From positions 22,134,001 through 22,198,000 of the forward strand of contig OX597826.1 of NCBI GenBank assembly GCA_951406725.2: DNA of 64,000 nucleotides, read 5' to 3'. Shown here piece after piece: positions 1 through 13,110 of this stretch. The notes beneath the pieces were generated by a model. The model had not been told where the DNA came from. It saw only the letters and a list, made by a program, of their open reading frames with translations, and ran no database searches. The position numbers were made by a program, and so were the translations under genes. Each line of letters begins with the position of its first letter. The first letter of the stretch is position 1. This DNA is from Octopus vulgaris. Its lineage: Eukaryota.

Positions 1-25
1 ACTTTCAATTGCTGCAGGACGCAGT
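1..25 (-). CDS. Host gene exon (continues beyond window), (R)LRPAAIES
   Basis: Long pyrimidine tract plus CAG acceptor at 26-60 on the minus strand; phase 2 start matches the phase 2 end of exon 767-895. Confidence 0.6.
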
Positions 26-227
26 CTGTGGCAACAACACAAAAAGAAAAAAAAAGCTTTTAAATCGAATCCTTGCAATACTGGTACAGGTCAAGTTGGT
101 TAAGCTGACCTAGGGCTATACTACACAAACAACATAACATTGTTTCCACATTGCATCAATATCTCAACAATGCTGTATATCAGGATGCTCACTCAATACA
201 TCATTCTATTATTAACCACAATATATT

Positions 228-420
228 CTTTTCTACTCTAAAGCACAAGGCCCAAAATTTTGGGGAGGGGGGGCGGTCGATAGATCAACCCCAGTACACA
301 ACTGAAAGAGGATGAAAGGCAAATTCGACCTCGGCGGAATTTGAACTCAGAACATAAAGGCAGATGAAATACCACTAAGCATTTCGCCTGGCGTGCTAAC
401 ATTTCTATCAGTTTGCTGCC
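228..420 (-). mobile_element. tRNA-derived SINE
   Basis: tRNA-like head with GAGTTCAAATTCC B-box on the minus strand; flanked by ~19-bp TSD ttattaaccacaa(t/c)atatt at 209-227 and 421-439. Confidence 0.85.
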
Positions 421-577
421 TTATTAACCACAACATATTTTGTGAAATTTGGTTCCTTGTTGCTTGTGAATATAAGAAATGTGGAATAATAGATCTGCAA
501 GAGTTGAAGCTTGTCCTATAACCAACTCCCTGAGTGTTACATGTCTTCTTGATTACGGTTTATTATATCAACACATC

Positions 578-671
578 TCAAATTGAAGGTCTGTAGTGTG
601 AGGAAGAATTCCTCCTCCACCAATTGCAAAGTCTTGAGAAAGAGTCAGATGCAGCACCCTTTCTATTCCGA
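578..671 (-). CDS. Possible alternative terminal exon of host gene
   Basis: Strong acceptor (tttttatttttcatctgttag); in phase with exon 767-895; reads RNRKGAASDSFSRLCNWWRRNSSSHYRPSI*; AATAAA at 559-564. Confidence 0.35.
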
Positions 672-766
672 CTAACAGATGAAAAATAAAAACATATAAA
701 TGGAATTTTGGGAACACATTTTTGAAGGTGAAATATCCACTGTGTTTTGTTAAGAAGCAGCTGTAC

Positions 767-895
767 CTTAACATTTTCTCAACATTGAAGATATTGCCTG
801 CAGACAAGGTTTTTTCTAGAATGACTGGAGGTTCCAGAACGCTTTCAAGATCAATTGAACTTTGGCTTCTTGAATATTCACTTTCACTTCGTGCC
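767..895 (-). CDS. Host gene exon ARSESEYSRSQSSIDLESVLEPPVILEKTLSAGNIFNVEKML
   Basis: ttttatttcag acceptor, AG|gtacag donor, 129-nt open frame, phase 2-2. Confidence 0.7.
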
Positions 896-1446
896 CTGAA
901 ATAAAACCACGAGACTTAATATTTATTTTAACAATCCTTAGAACTGAAGTTTTGTGGATTAGTAAATTCTTTTGAATTTTGGACAAAATGACTTTCAGCA
1001 TTTAGTTACAGCTTTACATTCTGATTTGAAATCCCGAAAAGGTCAACTTTCACTTTCACTTTTCTGGGGTTGACAAAATATCAGATAAGTCCTGGGCTTG
1101 ATTTAACCAACTATATCCTCCACCCATAACATGTGTGGCTTTGTACCAATATTAGATAATATTCTGTTGGGGTGAAATCCTGATACCTCGGTGGGATAGC
1201 AAGTCAACTGCCCTAAACTGTATAAATGTGCATGCATACTGTCAGTGAGGACAGTGTGATGTGTGCAGGCGCTTTGTGAAGACTATTGTGGAAAAGAGAT
1301 ATTGTTTCTGGTTTATATTTGTATTGCTATAACCTTGTTATAAGTCCACATTATAAAGTGGCATATACAGTAAGTTCAAAGAAGGATATAACAGTGTTGA
1401 CAAAACTTCCGAAGCTCATGGAGGACATACTTATGGAAGACTTGGT

Positions 1447-4400
1447 ATGGAAGACTTGTTAGCTTCCATGGTTCGGTTGCAATGGAAACTACAACAACAA
1501 CAGCAGCAACAGTTGCAATGGCAACTACAGCAGCAACAAGAACAACAGAAACAGCAAGAACAGGTACAACAGCAACAACAACAACAACAACAAAATCAAC
1601 AGTTGTTGGAATTATTGCTGCAGTCAAAAAACACTTCAGCTTCACTTTTGGCAGACATGGTTGCTAATTCAATTGAAGAATTTAAGTATAACCCAGAAGG
1701 GATTAAAATGAAGAGTGTAAAAGCTGGATGGATGAAAGAAGGTATGTCTTCATTTAAGGAAATTATCACCAGCAGAACATGAAAAGTTTTGTAATTACAT
1801 CTTGCTGAGAAAACCATCTGAAATTTGTTTTGAGGAAACAGTTAAGCTATTATCTAAAATATTCAGTGAAAGATGTTCACTATTTGATATTCACTGGGAT
1901 TGGCTAAATTTAAAGAAAAAAAGAAATGGAAGATTTCATCACATATGCCAGAATCGTAAATAGAGAATGAGAAAAATTTAAACTCGATGAATTAAGCCCA
2001 GACATGTTTAAATGTTTAATCTTCGTACAAGGATTAATGGCAACTAAAGATGCAGAAAGGGTTCGAATAGTGACAAAGCTTGAGCAAGAGTCAAAACTAA
2101 CCCTACAAATAGTGGCTGAAGAATGCCAAAGAATTATAAATCTACAACAGGATGCAGAAAAAATTGAGAAAGATTATTCAAATATACATACGTGTCGACT
2201 AGTAACAGATACGGAAAAAGAAAAACAGCAGTCGATACCCAAACCATGTTATGCATGTGGAGAAATACATTTCAAAAGAGACTGTCCTTCTAGGATTCTA
2301 AAATGTTTTGGATGTGGAAAAATTGGACACAAGAATTCATATTGTTGGGTGAAACCAAAAAGGCTGAATGAAAAAAATTCAAGAAAAAAAGTAGTCAACA
2401 CAAATGCAAAGCAAGGCACAAAAAAGAAAATTTGTCTCTATGACAAAAAATAATGTGAATATGAGACTACGGTTGGACACAGGTAGTGACATCACAGTAA
2501 TTAATGAGGATAATGGAAAAAAAATAGGAAGGCTTACATTGAAAAAAACTGCGAAAATGGCAAGAGGCATCTCAGGAAAACAACTGTGATTTTTGGGCCA
2601 AATGATTCGAAAGGTAACATTTCAAGGGAAAACGTTGAAAGCTAAAGTTTTTGTATCAGAAAATACAATGGACCCTTTTAGCACAGACTGGATAGAATTG
2701 TTTAATTTATGGAAGCCCCCCCATAAATATTTTTTGCAATAATGTAAACGGTTATAATGCCATTAAAAATAAAGTGTCAGAAGATTTAGAAAAGAAATTG
2801 AGAAAGATTTCTCCTGATGTTTTTCCAGAAGAATTAGGAAGATGTACCAAGACAAAAGTAAAATTTCAAGTAAAAGAAAACACCATACCAATGTTTAAAC
2901 TGAAGCAAACTGTACCTTTCACAGCATTGAATCAAGTCAGCGAGGAATTAGACAGGCTAGAAAAGCTGGGAGTCATAGAAAAAGTGGATTATTCCGAATG
3001 GCAGCACCAACTGTTTATTATGTAAAGAAAATGATAACAAAATACGAGCATGCGCAGACTTTTTAACAGGTTTGAACGAATGTTTAAGGACACACAATTA
3101 TCCACTACCAAGCTCAGAGGTGAAACTTAATGGAGGAAAATTTTTCTCAAAATTGAACTTGTCGGAGGCATAGTTACAGTTACAAGTTGAGGAAGAATGT
3201 TCAAAATTATTAACAATAAACACTCATAAAGGTTTATATAAATTCAATCAACTTCTTTTCGGGATAAAGGTGGCACCTAGTATTTTCCAACAGGTGATGG
3301 ACACAATGTTTGCAGATATGGATTTTGTTATAACATATTTGGATGATATATTCATAAAAAGTAAGTCTAGCGGTCAGCATGAGGAACATGTTAAAATGGT
3401 TATTGAGAAGATAAAGGAGTATGGATTCAAACTTAGCAAGGAAAAAAAGCAAACTTTTCATGCCAGAAATAAAGTGTCTTGAGCATGTTATCTATAAAAA
3501 ATGGTCGCAGGTCAGATCCTTCAAGATTGATGGCAATAAAAAAATATGTCTACCCTGAAAAATATTACATTACAAGCATTCTTAGGGCTTGTGAACTATT
3601 ACCAAACATGCAACAGCTAAAAGCACCCCTAAACAACCTATTTAAAAAAAAGGCATAAAATGGTATTGGTCAGACAGGTGTTAAAAAGCATTCAAAGAAA
3701 TTTAAACAGTTTTAACATCAGAACTGTCATTATCGCACTTTGAACCAAATTTAAAAATAGTAGTAGCATCAAATGCTAGCGAAAGTGGTATACGAGTAGT
3801 AATTCTATATAAGTACAAAGATGGTAGCATAAAGCTCATCACTCATGCTTCATGTTCATTGTTGGCGGCTGAAAAAACTACAGCCAAATTGAGGAGGCAC
3901 TGGCCATTATTTTTGTGGTGAAAAAATTTCACAAATTCATACATAGAAGGAAATTCAGTCTGCAAACAGATCACTGCCCATTGTTATCAATTTACAGATT
4001 GAAAATGGTATCTCCACATATACAGCCAACCAAATTGTAGTGTTGGGGGACGATCCTGCTAAATTAAGATTTTAAGATGGAATTTTTACCATCAAAAAAA
4101 ATTAGGACAATCGGATGGGCTGTGAAAATTGATTCCTAAATACAACGAACTGTTAGAGGACATAGTAATAGCGGCATTAAAAGCCAAAATCAGAATAAAA
4201 AATATACTCTGCAACACAGTATGTTAACTACCTGTCACTTTAGAAGAAATAAAAATTAAAGCAGAGAAGGATGCATTCATATTAAAAATGAAAAAATAGT
4301 GAAGTTTGAAACAAATACAAAAACTCATGTAACTGAGCATAACACAGTTTCGAAATGGTATTCGATATGTAATAACGTACTTATGTATGCTCAAAGGGTT

Positions 4401-5318
4401 GTAATACCTGTTTCTTTGCAAAACCGTATGTTAAAAGAATTCCACATGGGACACCCAGGAATCATGAGAATGAAAGCTTTGATGAAAAACTATATTTACT
4501 GGCCAAATATGGATCAGGATATTGAAAAATTGGTGAAAGCCTGCAGGGATTGTGCCTTGGCAGCAAAAGCACCACCTGTAAAAATTCAACCTTGGTCCAA
4601 CACTGACATACTTTGGTCAAGATTACACATAGACTTTGCAGGACTGTTAAATGGAGGGTTTTATCCAATAGTCATGGATAGTTACACGAAATGGCCAGAA
4701 TATGTAAAAGTGGGAAGCCAGCCTCCAAAGTAACAATGGAATTTCTGAATGAACATTTTGCACGATATAGCAACCCAGACACTATAGCGTCCAATAATGG
4801 AACACAATTCATGTCAAAGGAATTTAAAAACTTTTGCAAAATGCATGCATTGGAGCATATTACTACTTTGTCGTACCATCCGAGATTGAATGAACTAGTG
4901 GAACGTTTTGTAGACATGTTTAAAAGAGCACTGAAAAAAATCTAGAAATGAGCTACCAGCTGATACTACATTAATGCAATTCTTAAGTGTCTACCGAATA
5001 ACAACTAACCCCAACACCACATCAGGTATATTGCTGGCTGAACTAATGTTTGCCAGGAAAGTCAGATCAGTATTTGACAAATTACTGCTGGGAAGAAAAG
5101 AAAAAAGGGAGAGAAACACTGAAAATAAGATGAAATACTTCAAAATTGGTGAGCAGGGTTTTTTTTTTAAATATACAGAAATGAAAAGTTGCGAAGAAGG
5201 TATAATAAGTAAATGTTTAGGAAAAATAATGTACATGGTAAAAGGTCATAAGTGGGAACACAAGAGACACTTAAACCAACTGAAAAGAAGGGTTTATAGA
5301 AGAAAGAATAGGATGTGA
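1447..5318 (+). pseudogene. Frameshifted Gypsy gag-pol
   Basis: PolyQ N-terminus; zinc knuckles CYACGEIHFKRDC and CFGCGKIGHKNSYC; protease LDTGSD; RT APSIFQ..YLDDI; integrase HMGHPG..CRDC and RLHIDFAG; many stops and frameshifts. Confidence 0.9.
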
Positions 5319-5761
5319 AGAGCCAATGGAATTTCTTTGTGACATTTTTGATGTTTCGATATCCCAAGGAATAACTGAACTGAGTACAGCAACTAAAAAA
5401 AGAAAGCAAACAGAACTTTTGCAAGTAGACCCAAAACAAAAATAAAAAATATTCCATTTTCTTCCCAGGGAATTGCAGAAAGTGTGTGTATGGGGGGGAA
5501 GAGGTGGTAATAAAGATGATAGATAAAATAAAAATATTAACTTCCAAAGAAAGTCAGGAGGTGTGGTGGTGAAATCCTGACACCTCTGTGAGATAGCAAG
5601 TCAACCTTCGTCAACCATATAAAGGTGCATGTGCACTATCAGCGAGGACAGTGTGGTGTGTGCAGGTGCTTTGTGAAGACAGTCGTAGAAGTTGTTGAGA
5701 AGAGATATTGTTTGTTATGTGTTATTTCTGATTTATATTTGTATTGTTATAACTTTGTTAT

Positions 5762-6055
5762 GTGGAGGTGCAATGGCCCAGTGGTTAGGGCAGCGGACTC
5801 GCGGTCGTAGGATCATGGTTTCAATTCCCAGACCGAGTGGCGTGAGTGTTTATTGAGTGAAAACACCTAAAGCTCCACGAGGCTCCGGCAGGGGGTGAAG
5901 GCGATCCCTGCTGTACTCTTTCTTCTGTTGGCCTTCTTGCTTAGCCAGCAGGGTGGCATCATTTGAAGGCTAAAACAATGCTAAAACAATGCGAAGCACA
6001 TTGTGACCAGCAATGTGTAGCAACATCTGATAGCCTGGTCATAGAAGAAGAAAAA
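5762..6055 (+). mobile_element. tRNA-derived SINE inserted in the Gypsy 3' LTR
   Basis: A-box-like tggcccagtggtta and B-box-like ggtttcaattcc; TSD ataac(t/c)ttgttat at 5749-5761 and 6056-6068; same family as 51692-51992. Confidence 0.88.
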
Positions 6056-6619
6056 ATAACCTTGTTATACGTCCACGTTATAAAGTGGCATATACAGTGA
6101 GTTCAAAGAAGGACATAACAGTGTTGACAAGACACAACATATTCAAAGTCAAATAGTCACTTCCTTCTTTCAATAATGGGCTACAGTGATAGTAAACCTT
6201 AACAAACACAAACATAGCTGTGTACATCCTGGTTTGATCCAACTGTGGAGCAATTCAGGCAAGTGTCTTTACTTTGGTGACTGATACCTTTTCACTACAA
6301 ATAGATTAATGAAATCTCTGCAGAAATCATGAGTTAGATGGGATGTTTTGTGACAGAGTTTTAAGACTGGATACTCTTTCTGATGCTAACTATTTTAGTT
6401 GTCTTCTACAACTTGCAAGGATATATTTGATGATGATGATGAAAATACACTCACACAAATATATATGTAAACTTCCTGTCACAAGCCTCACTTGTTTTTA
6501 TGCAAAGTAACATTTTCTGTTTGTCTGCGCATGCTTTCACAGAACGCTGCAAAAAATGTCAGCACTCATATGATGTAATTCGCTTGTGATGTCAAAACAA
6601 GAACACACACACACACAGC

Positions 6620-6770
6620 AAGCGTCTTTTTAGTTTTTATCTATCAAACTCACTTGCAAGTTTTGGGTCACCCAGGGACTACTAGTAGAAGCCACTTGCC
6701 CAAGGTGCTGTGCAATGGCACTGAACCCAGAATTGCATGGTTGTGAAGTGAACTTCTTAAAAACACCATT
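6620..6770 (-). mobile_element. Degenerate SINE head (family of 24705-25114)
   Basis: Shares the gaagccacttgcccaagg..gcactgaaccc core with the intact copies. Confidence 0.6.
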
Positions 6771-6799
6771 ATGTTTCTCTCTCTCTCTTTCTATGCATA

Positions 6800-6805
6800 C
6801 ATACA

Positions 6806-6861
<56 letters not shown>

Positions 6862-6906
6862 TGTGTGTGTGTATATATATATATATGCGTGTGTGTGTGT
6901 GCATAT
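6800..6906. repeat. Compound (TG)n/(TA)n microsatellite
   Basis: Directly visible; one of many such arrays in the window. Confidence 0.95.
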
Positions 6907-7443
6907 AATAAAATGAGTGGTTTACACCTGGTAGCTTACTGGTAAAGCACAGTCACTTTCACAGTGATCATTAGGTATATGGCAAATTTTGAGTAACCGT
7001 TAACTTAATTTAATTTACTTTAAGGTATGGATGACTTAAGTTTACTATTAACCTCCCCATTCTTATAAACACCAAGTAGATAGCTAACTTGTTTTGTGAT
7101 AATGAGTGCACCAAGCCTCACGTGTGCGTATGCTCACATTTTTGCGGATGCTTATATGAGCGAGTGTACTCTGTCAACTCCCTCAGCTCCCTTCCTAACA
7201 GACACTGCTCCTTGTTCATTTGGTCTTATATATACAAAGATTTGATAAAACTAGTCTATAAATTAAAACTGACCCCATAAAACAGTGACAAGCAAAACCT
7301 GTAACAAGTCTTTCTTCCTGATACATTAGTAGCTGCTAAGTTGAAGTGAAGACAGCATGTTCTTTGTCTATCTCCTTATCTTCTTGGAGATTTTAGATAA
7401 AATTATACCAATGTATACCAATTTAATTAAATTATATGTCTTT

Positions 7444-7531
7444 ATGCAGCTGAAGATTGCTCTGCATTTAATTTAATATAATGACTGCATTGTTCAATTA
7501 AATGGAGTTGCTTGAAATGATCGTACTGCAT
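7444..7531 (+). ncRNA. Type I hammerhead ribozyme motif (degenerate helix II base)
   Basis: atgcag-CTGAAGA-long stem (catttaatt/aattaaatg)-GAAA-tgatcg-TA-ctgcat; helix I atgcag/ctgcat is perfect. Confidence 0.7.
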
Positions 7532-7556
7532 TACCTCTGGATATATATATATATAT

Positions 7557-10500
7557 CAAGTAAGATCTTCATTAATTCTGATAAGACAAGGAACTTATAT
7601 GCACTTGATAAGGACGTTTACAAGCATCTAATTTCGAATAGTATCACAGACACATACAAAAAAGATAACACAAATATATACAAAGAGGTGAATTTGGAAA
7701 CAAGGAGAATAGCTAACAATCTTAAGAGTAGTGATAGGATAGAATATCTTTCCCCACGACCAGCTTTTATTACACTAAAAGACCATAAAGCCAATTTTAA
7801 TAGAAACCCCAAATGTAGATTGATAAATCCGGCTAAAACTGAGATAGGCATTATTAGCAAATATATTTTGGACTGTATCTTAACTAAGTTAGATAGTGAA
7901 TTAGATTTGAGAATTTGGAAGAATAGTAAGTCAGTTATAGAGTGGTTTAAAGGGATTAGCTATAAGCATAATTGCAGTTTTACGCAGTTCGATATTATTG
8001 ACTTTTACCTGTCAATATCTAGGGCTTTACTCCTAAGGGCATTGGACTTCGCCAAGTAGTATGTCGACATCAGTAGCTCGGAAATTGATATCATCATACA
8101 TGCGAGGAAATCACTTCTTTTTTTCGAGGATTCCACCTGGATTAAGAAGGGTGAGGTTTCTCTTTTCGATGTACCGATGGGGGCATACGACGGGGCTGAG
8201 TTATATATGCTTATAGGAGCCTTTATTCTTCATAATCTAAAAATAGAATTCCCATTTATAGATGCAGGTTTATATAGGGATGACGGCCTTATAGCCACCC
8301 ATAATTTAAACGGCCATGAATCAGATAGACTTAGGAAGGACCTTATTGCTTTCTTCCAAAGGATGGGCTTACGGGTTACAATAGATACTAACCTGAAAAG
8401 TGTAGATTTTTTAGATGTAAATTTTAATATAAGGTCGAATAGATCTAAACCTTACCGTAAGCCCAATGACAAGCTATCATATATTAGCAAAGATTCGAAC
8501 CATCTGCCAGTTGTCCTTAGGAACTTAGTCAGCAATGTAGGTAGAAGAATATCATCAATTTCTTCGGATGAGTCAGCATTCCATAATGGTGCACCTTATT
8601 ACGATAGCACCTTAAGGAATAGTGGATTCTCTGATAAGATCCAGTACAACCAGCTTAATGCTGGTAGTAATGCTGCGCACAGAATTAGGACCAGGAAAGT
8701 TTTGTGGTTCAACCCAGCTTTCAATTTGGCCGTAAAAACTAACATAGGTAGGGAATTCTTGAAATTAGTCATTTTAGGCATTTTAAGCAGGACCATAAAT
8801 TCTATAGAATATTTAATAGAAGAACCCTTAAGATTAGCTTTTCTTGTTGCAGAAATTTTGCCTCTTACATTAGCCAGCACAATAGGAATTTAATTGATAT
8901 TAAGCATGGTGCCGATCCCATTAAGAAAAGCAATTGTAAAGAGGAATGTTTGGTAAAAGGGGTCGTTTATAGAGCCAAGGCGCAAATAGAAGGCTCATCG
9001 GAATACAAGACCTAAACAGGGGCTTCAGAAAATTCGTTTAAAATGCGATTTTATTCGCATAAAAATTCATTTAGATACCCAGAAAATAGGAAGAAGACCA
9101 GCCTAGCAAAATATGTTTGGGAACTAAAAGAAAAGGAAGCCCCATCTTTCAACGTGACATGGAGCATTCTGGATAGAGCGGCACCATACAGGCACGGGGC
9201 ACACAAGAAAAATTTTAAATGCAATCTTTGTTTGTTAAAAAATTTTTATATTTTATTCAAAGACAATAATTCTTTGAATCAAAGAAGCGAAATTTTGAAC
9301 TCATGCAGGCACGCAACCAAATTCAAAATGTCAAACATAAATATCCCATATGGATAGCGTATATTTTGTCTTTTTGAATTTTGATTCTTGGACTAGTCTT
9401 TAATCACACCGATGGATTTGTTTCGCGCTATGCAGATTTCATTCCGCATAGCAAAATCTTGTGCATATATTTTGCTTATATTTCTACATATTCCTTAGGA
9501 AAAACCTTCGACTTTGTTTATTTCATTCTATTATATTGTATAGGCTTACTTTGGTATTTAATTTATAGATAATCCAATATAGGGTGTTATACTTTGCATG
9601 TCTTTCATCTAATTCTTATTATTATGCACTCACCATTTTTAAAAAACAATGTTGTCAGATCTTAGGCATTTTTATGTAAATATGTGTATTGGCATGAATA
9701 TGTATTTGTAAGCATACGTCTTTGTATATGTGTAAGTAAGCGTATGTTTGTACTTAAGCACATACATACACGAATGTATGTGTATGCATGTATCCACTTG
9801 GGCGTGTGTGTTTGCATACTTGTCTCTATATATGTGTCAGTATATGTGCTCACATAATTTTTCTTCTTTCCTTTCCTTCTTTTTCCCTTCTCTCTTTTTC
9901 TTTTTTCTCTCTCTTCCTTTCTTTCGTTTTTTTCTCTCCCTATTCGTTACTTGTATAGAGCCCTGTAACTTTACGTCCCCCTCCCCCTCCCTTACTTATG
10001 TCTTTAGCTTTATGTTGTAAATAAGAACGCCCCTTCCCCATCCATGAATTTAGCTTATAGTCTATATGGATACAGTGATTTTGCATGCGAGCTAGATTGC
10101 GTATACATATGCGTACATGCATATGTGTGTATATTTTAGTTTTGTATTTATATGTCTGTATATGTATGTGGTCTGCGCACATCTATCTGTGTATGTTGAT
10201 GTATATATGTATAGTTTAGTATGAGTATGTACTGTTGTGTAATATTTTAATGCATTTTAATATTTTAATTTCAATTTCCATGTATTAATTATATTTTCTT
10301 TATTAATGACAGTATGTATGTATTCGATGTAAGGTTTTTTCCTCGACTTTTATAATTTTATATATATATATATTTTTTTTTGAGTTCATTTTTGTTTATC
10401 GCTCGAAATTGACCGTTATTTGAAAGGACCAATCAAACAAGTCCATTTTTAAAGGTGTAGCATTTATACTAGTCTTGATAGAATTGTCATATCGGTTCTA

Positions 10501-10655
10501 TTCTAGCAAAAACTGTCCGACGAACGGGAATGGGAAACTCAGAGTAACAGGTTTTGTTGAATTTTCTGCTGCTTTTAAATAAAGCATATTACTCTACCCC
10601 TGGTATTTGAGTACTCTTTTTTCCACCTTGTTTCACATTTATGTGTTTACTCCGG
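7557..10655 (+). mobile_element. Penelope-like element, 5'-truncated, RT plus C-terminal GIY-YIG endonuclease, long 3' UTR
   Basis: RLINPAK, FDIIDFY, MGAYDGAE, YRDDGL and DFLDV RT motifs; VVYRAK..TGASENSFK.RFYSH endonuclease; CNLC..CRH C-terminus; flanked by (TA)n; hammerhead-like motif near the 3' end. Confidence 0.88.
10507..10556 (+). ncRNA. Minimal type I hammerhead-like motif in the Penelope 3' end
   Basis: caaaaactgt-CCGACGA-acgggaatgg-GAAA-ctcagag-TA-acaggttttg; U4>C substitution in the core. Confidence 0.6.
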
Positions 10656-10779
10656 TATATATATATATATAACCCCTTTCTATCAAACGAAATACCTGGA
10701 GAAGCTTCTCTCTCAGATCAGCCTTAGTCCAATTAAACTGCTCTTTTCTGACAGCAAAGGTAAAAATAATCTTCCCTGA

Positions 10780-11555
10780 TTTTAAAATTCTGAGTTTTTA
10801 CAGACAGACCCACAGATCAATGTTTTGGCATACTTACACAAATGTGCCCCCCCACCATGGCTTTGTTTCCTCATAACTTTCAGAAGAGTGGATGCTTTTT
10901 CAATGAAATTTTCTTGATTATTTTGGAATTTAATGTGAAAAAATTTTTTGGAGTGGTGGGGAAGAAGAGTTTCGGATAAGTCATACAAATGGACTCTGTT
11001 TCTTCGTAACTTTTGACATTTTCTCATAACTTTAAGAAAAATTGGCATTTTTTAATGAAATTTTCTACGAATACTTTTCAGATGGCGTAGATTAGGCTTA
11101 TGTTGAAATTTAAATTGGGAAAAAAAAATTTTGTGGGCACATTTACATACATACTGACATACATCACATTTTCTCAAAGTTTCATTTTGTAGCTATATAA
11201 ATGATGTGTCTGTACATATGTGTCTACAACTAACTATTTTCTTTTCCAGTTCTACTTTAAATTCTGATACAATCGTAAATGAAACAATCAGAAAAGTATT
11301 TGTAGAAGATTTCATTGAAAAGGTGTCCATTTTTCTGAAAGCTATGAAGCAACAAAGTTGACTTGTATAAATCATAGGAAACTCCTCTCTCCTCCCTTTT
11401 GAAAGATTTTTCTCTAAGAATCTTGATATGATCAGAATCTACATGATCTGAAGGATATTTATAGAAAATTTCATTAAAAAATATCCATTTTTCTGAAAGC
11501 TATGAAGCAACAAAGTTGACTTATATAAATCATCTGAAACTCCTCTCTTCTCCCT
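10780..11555. repeat. Unclassified foldback-like repeat with internal subrepeats
   Basis: ctcataacttt..aatgaaattttc units at ~10860 and ~11020 are reverse complements of gaaaatttcatt..agctatgaagcaacaaag units at ~11305 and ~11464. Confidence 0.5.
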
Positions 11556-11599
11556 GAGACAATGACTGAGATCTCTGGAGATATGCTGTGACTGCAAAG

Positions 11600-12070
11600 A
11601 CCCGGGCTGCTTCCTGCACCAGTTTCGCATAGCCCCAGCCCATTCAAAGTACCTTGGATTGCAGAACGACCTGCTGTGCTTGAGGAGACCTATCGAGTTA
11701 AGTACATCAATATCGAAATAAATATCGAATGGAAATAGTAGTTGTGATACCTGTGCCGGTGGCACGTAAAAAGCAGCATCTGAACGTGGCCAATGCCAGC
11801 ACCGCCTTGACTGGCTTCTGTGCCGGTGGCACGTAAAAAGCACTAACAGATCATGGCCGCTGCCAGCCTCCCCTGGCACCTGTGCCAGTGGCACGTAAAA
11901 AGCATCCACTACACTCACGAAGTGGTTGGCGTTAGGAAGGGCATCCAGCTGTAGAAACACTGCCAGATCAGACTGGAGCCTGGCGCAGCCTCCTGGTTTC
12001 CCAGACCTCGGTCGAACCGTCCAACCCATGCTAGCATGGAAAGCTGACGTTAAATGATGATGATGATGAT
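11600..12070 (+). mobile_element. RTE LINE 3' end
   Basis: Matches the 3' UTR of the RTE at 22491-24564; ends in (TGA)n. Confidence 0.85.
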
Positions 12071-12109
12071 ATATTATATCATTATATGTGATGATTATAT
12101 ATAATCATT

Positions 12110-13110
12110 ATCACCATTATTTTTGAAAGTGCATGCTGGCATGGGTTGGATGGTTTGACAGGAACTGATATGTCCAAGGACTGCATCCAGCTCTATTGCC
12201 TGCTTTGGCATGGTTTTTATGGTTGGTCTCCCCTCCAAATGCCAACCACTTTACAGCATTGACTGGGAGTTTTTTATCTGTGCCACCTGCACTTTTGGGA
12301 TTGCCATGCAGATTACTGGACTATGAACCCTGGATTAGTGAGGTGGGGCAGTTTCATGCTTAGGGAACCAGGGCAGGTTTCTGTAGTGGGACTGCATGAC
12401 CACTCATCTAGTATGGAGAAAGTAGGAATGACCAGTAGGATCTGTGAAGCATAGAATGATGTTAAGGATTGTATGTGACCCCCACAAGGCAAAAAGTGGG
12501 TAGAAGGATCATTTGTAAGATTGTATGGGAAGGTGAATGAGTAGTAGTAGTGGTGATGGTGATGGTGGTAGTAATGAGGCAGACTGCCAAAATGGCTAGG
12601 GTTGAAGGGAGGATAAACCAAGAGCTGAGAGCTGGAGATGATAAAGGGATGCAGAAAAGATGAGGTAGCAAGTAGCAGAAGTAATAAAGATGTAATAGTG
12701 AGGGAGGGAGAGGGAGAAGAAGTCTCTGTAAAAGGTAGAGAACATAACACTAGTAGGGCTCAGTTTTAGTAAGGAGGACAAGTCTTTTTGAGAACCTCAT
12801 ATCACTAGAGATCCTGGTCCTTTGTCATCTCATCCATCAGTCTCAGAGTCCTGAGGTCAGCTTTCACCACTTCATCCCATGCCTTGCTGAGTCTTTCTCT
12901 TCAACATCTTCCAGTCATATTAAGGGAACAGCACTTCTTTATACAGCTGTCCTCATTCATAGGCATCACGTAGCCCATACCATCTCAGTCCATAGCATCT
13001 TTCTCAAACACAACATTTCATTCCTCTTATACCCAGTTTTTCACTCAACACCTTTGTACCAATTCTTTCAAATACACACACAAATGTACGTGCATCTCTC
13101 ACTGATATAT
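12110..13110 (-). mobile_element. Degenerate RTE LINE 3' fragment
   Basis: catgctggcatgggttgga tail at ~12130; C-terminal coding remnant at 12800-13110 similar to 23700-24000. Confidence 0.65.

Larger units (their letters stand above)
1165..6139 (+). mobile_element. Full-length degenerate Ty3/Gypsy LTR retrotransposon
   Basis: 5' LTR 1165-~1406 and 3' LTR 5562-6139 (TG...CA); 5-bp TSD TATTC at 1160-1164 and 6140-6144; purine tract before the 3' LTR; domain order gag-PR-RT-RH-INT. Confidence 0.92.
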
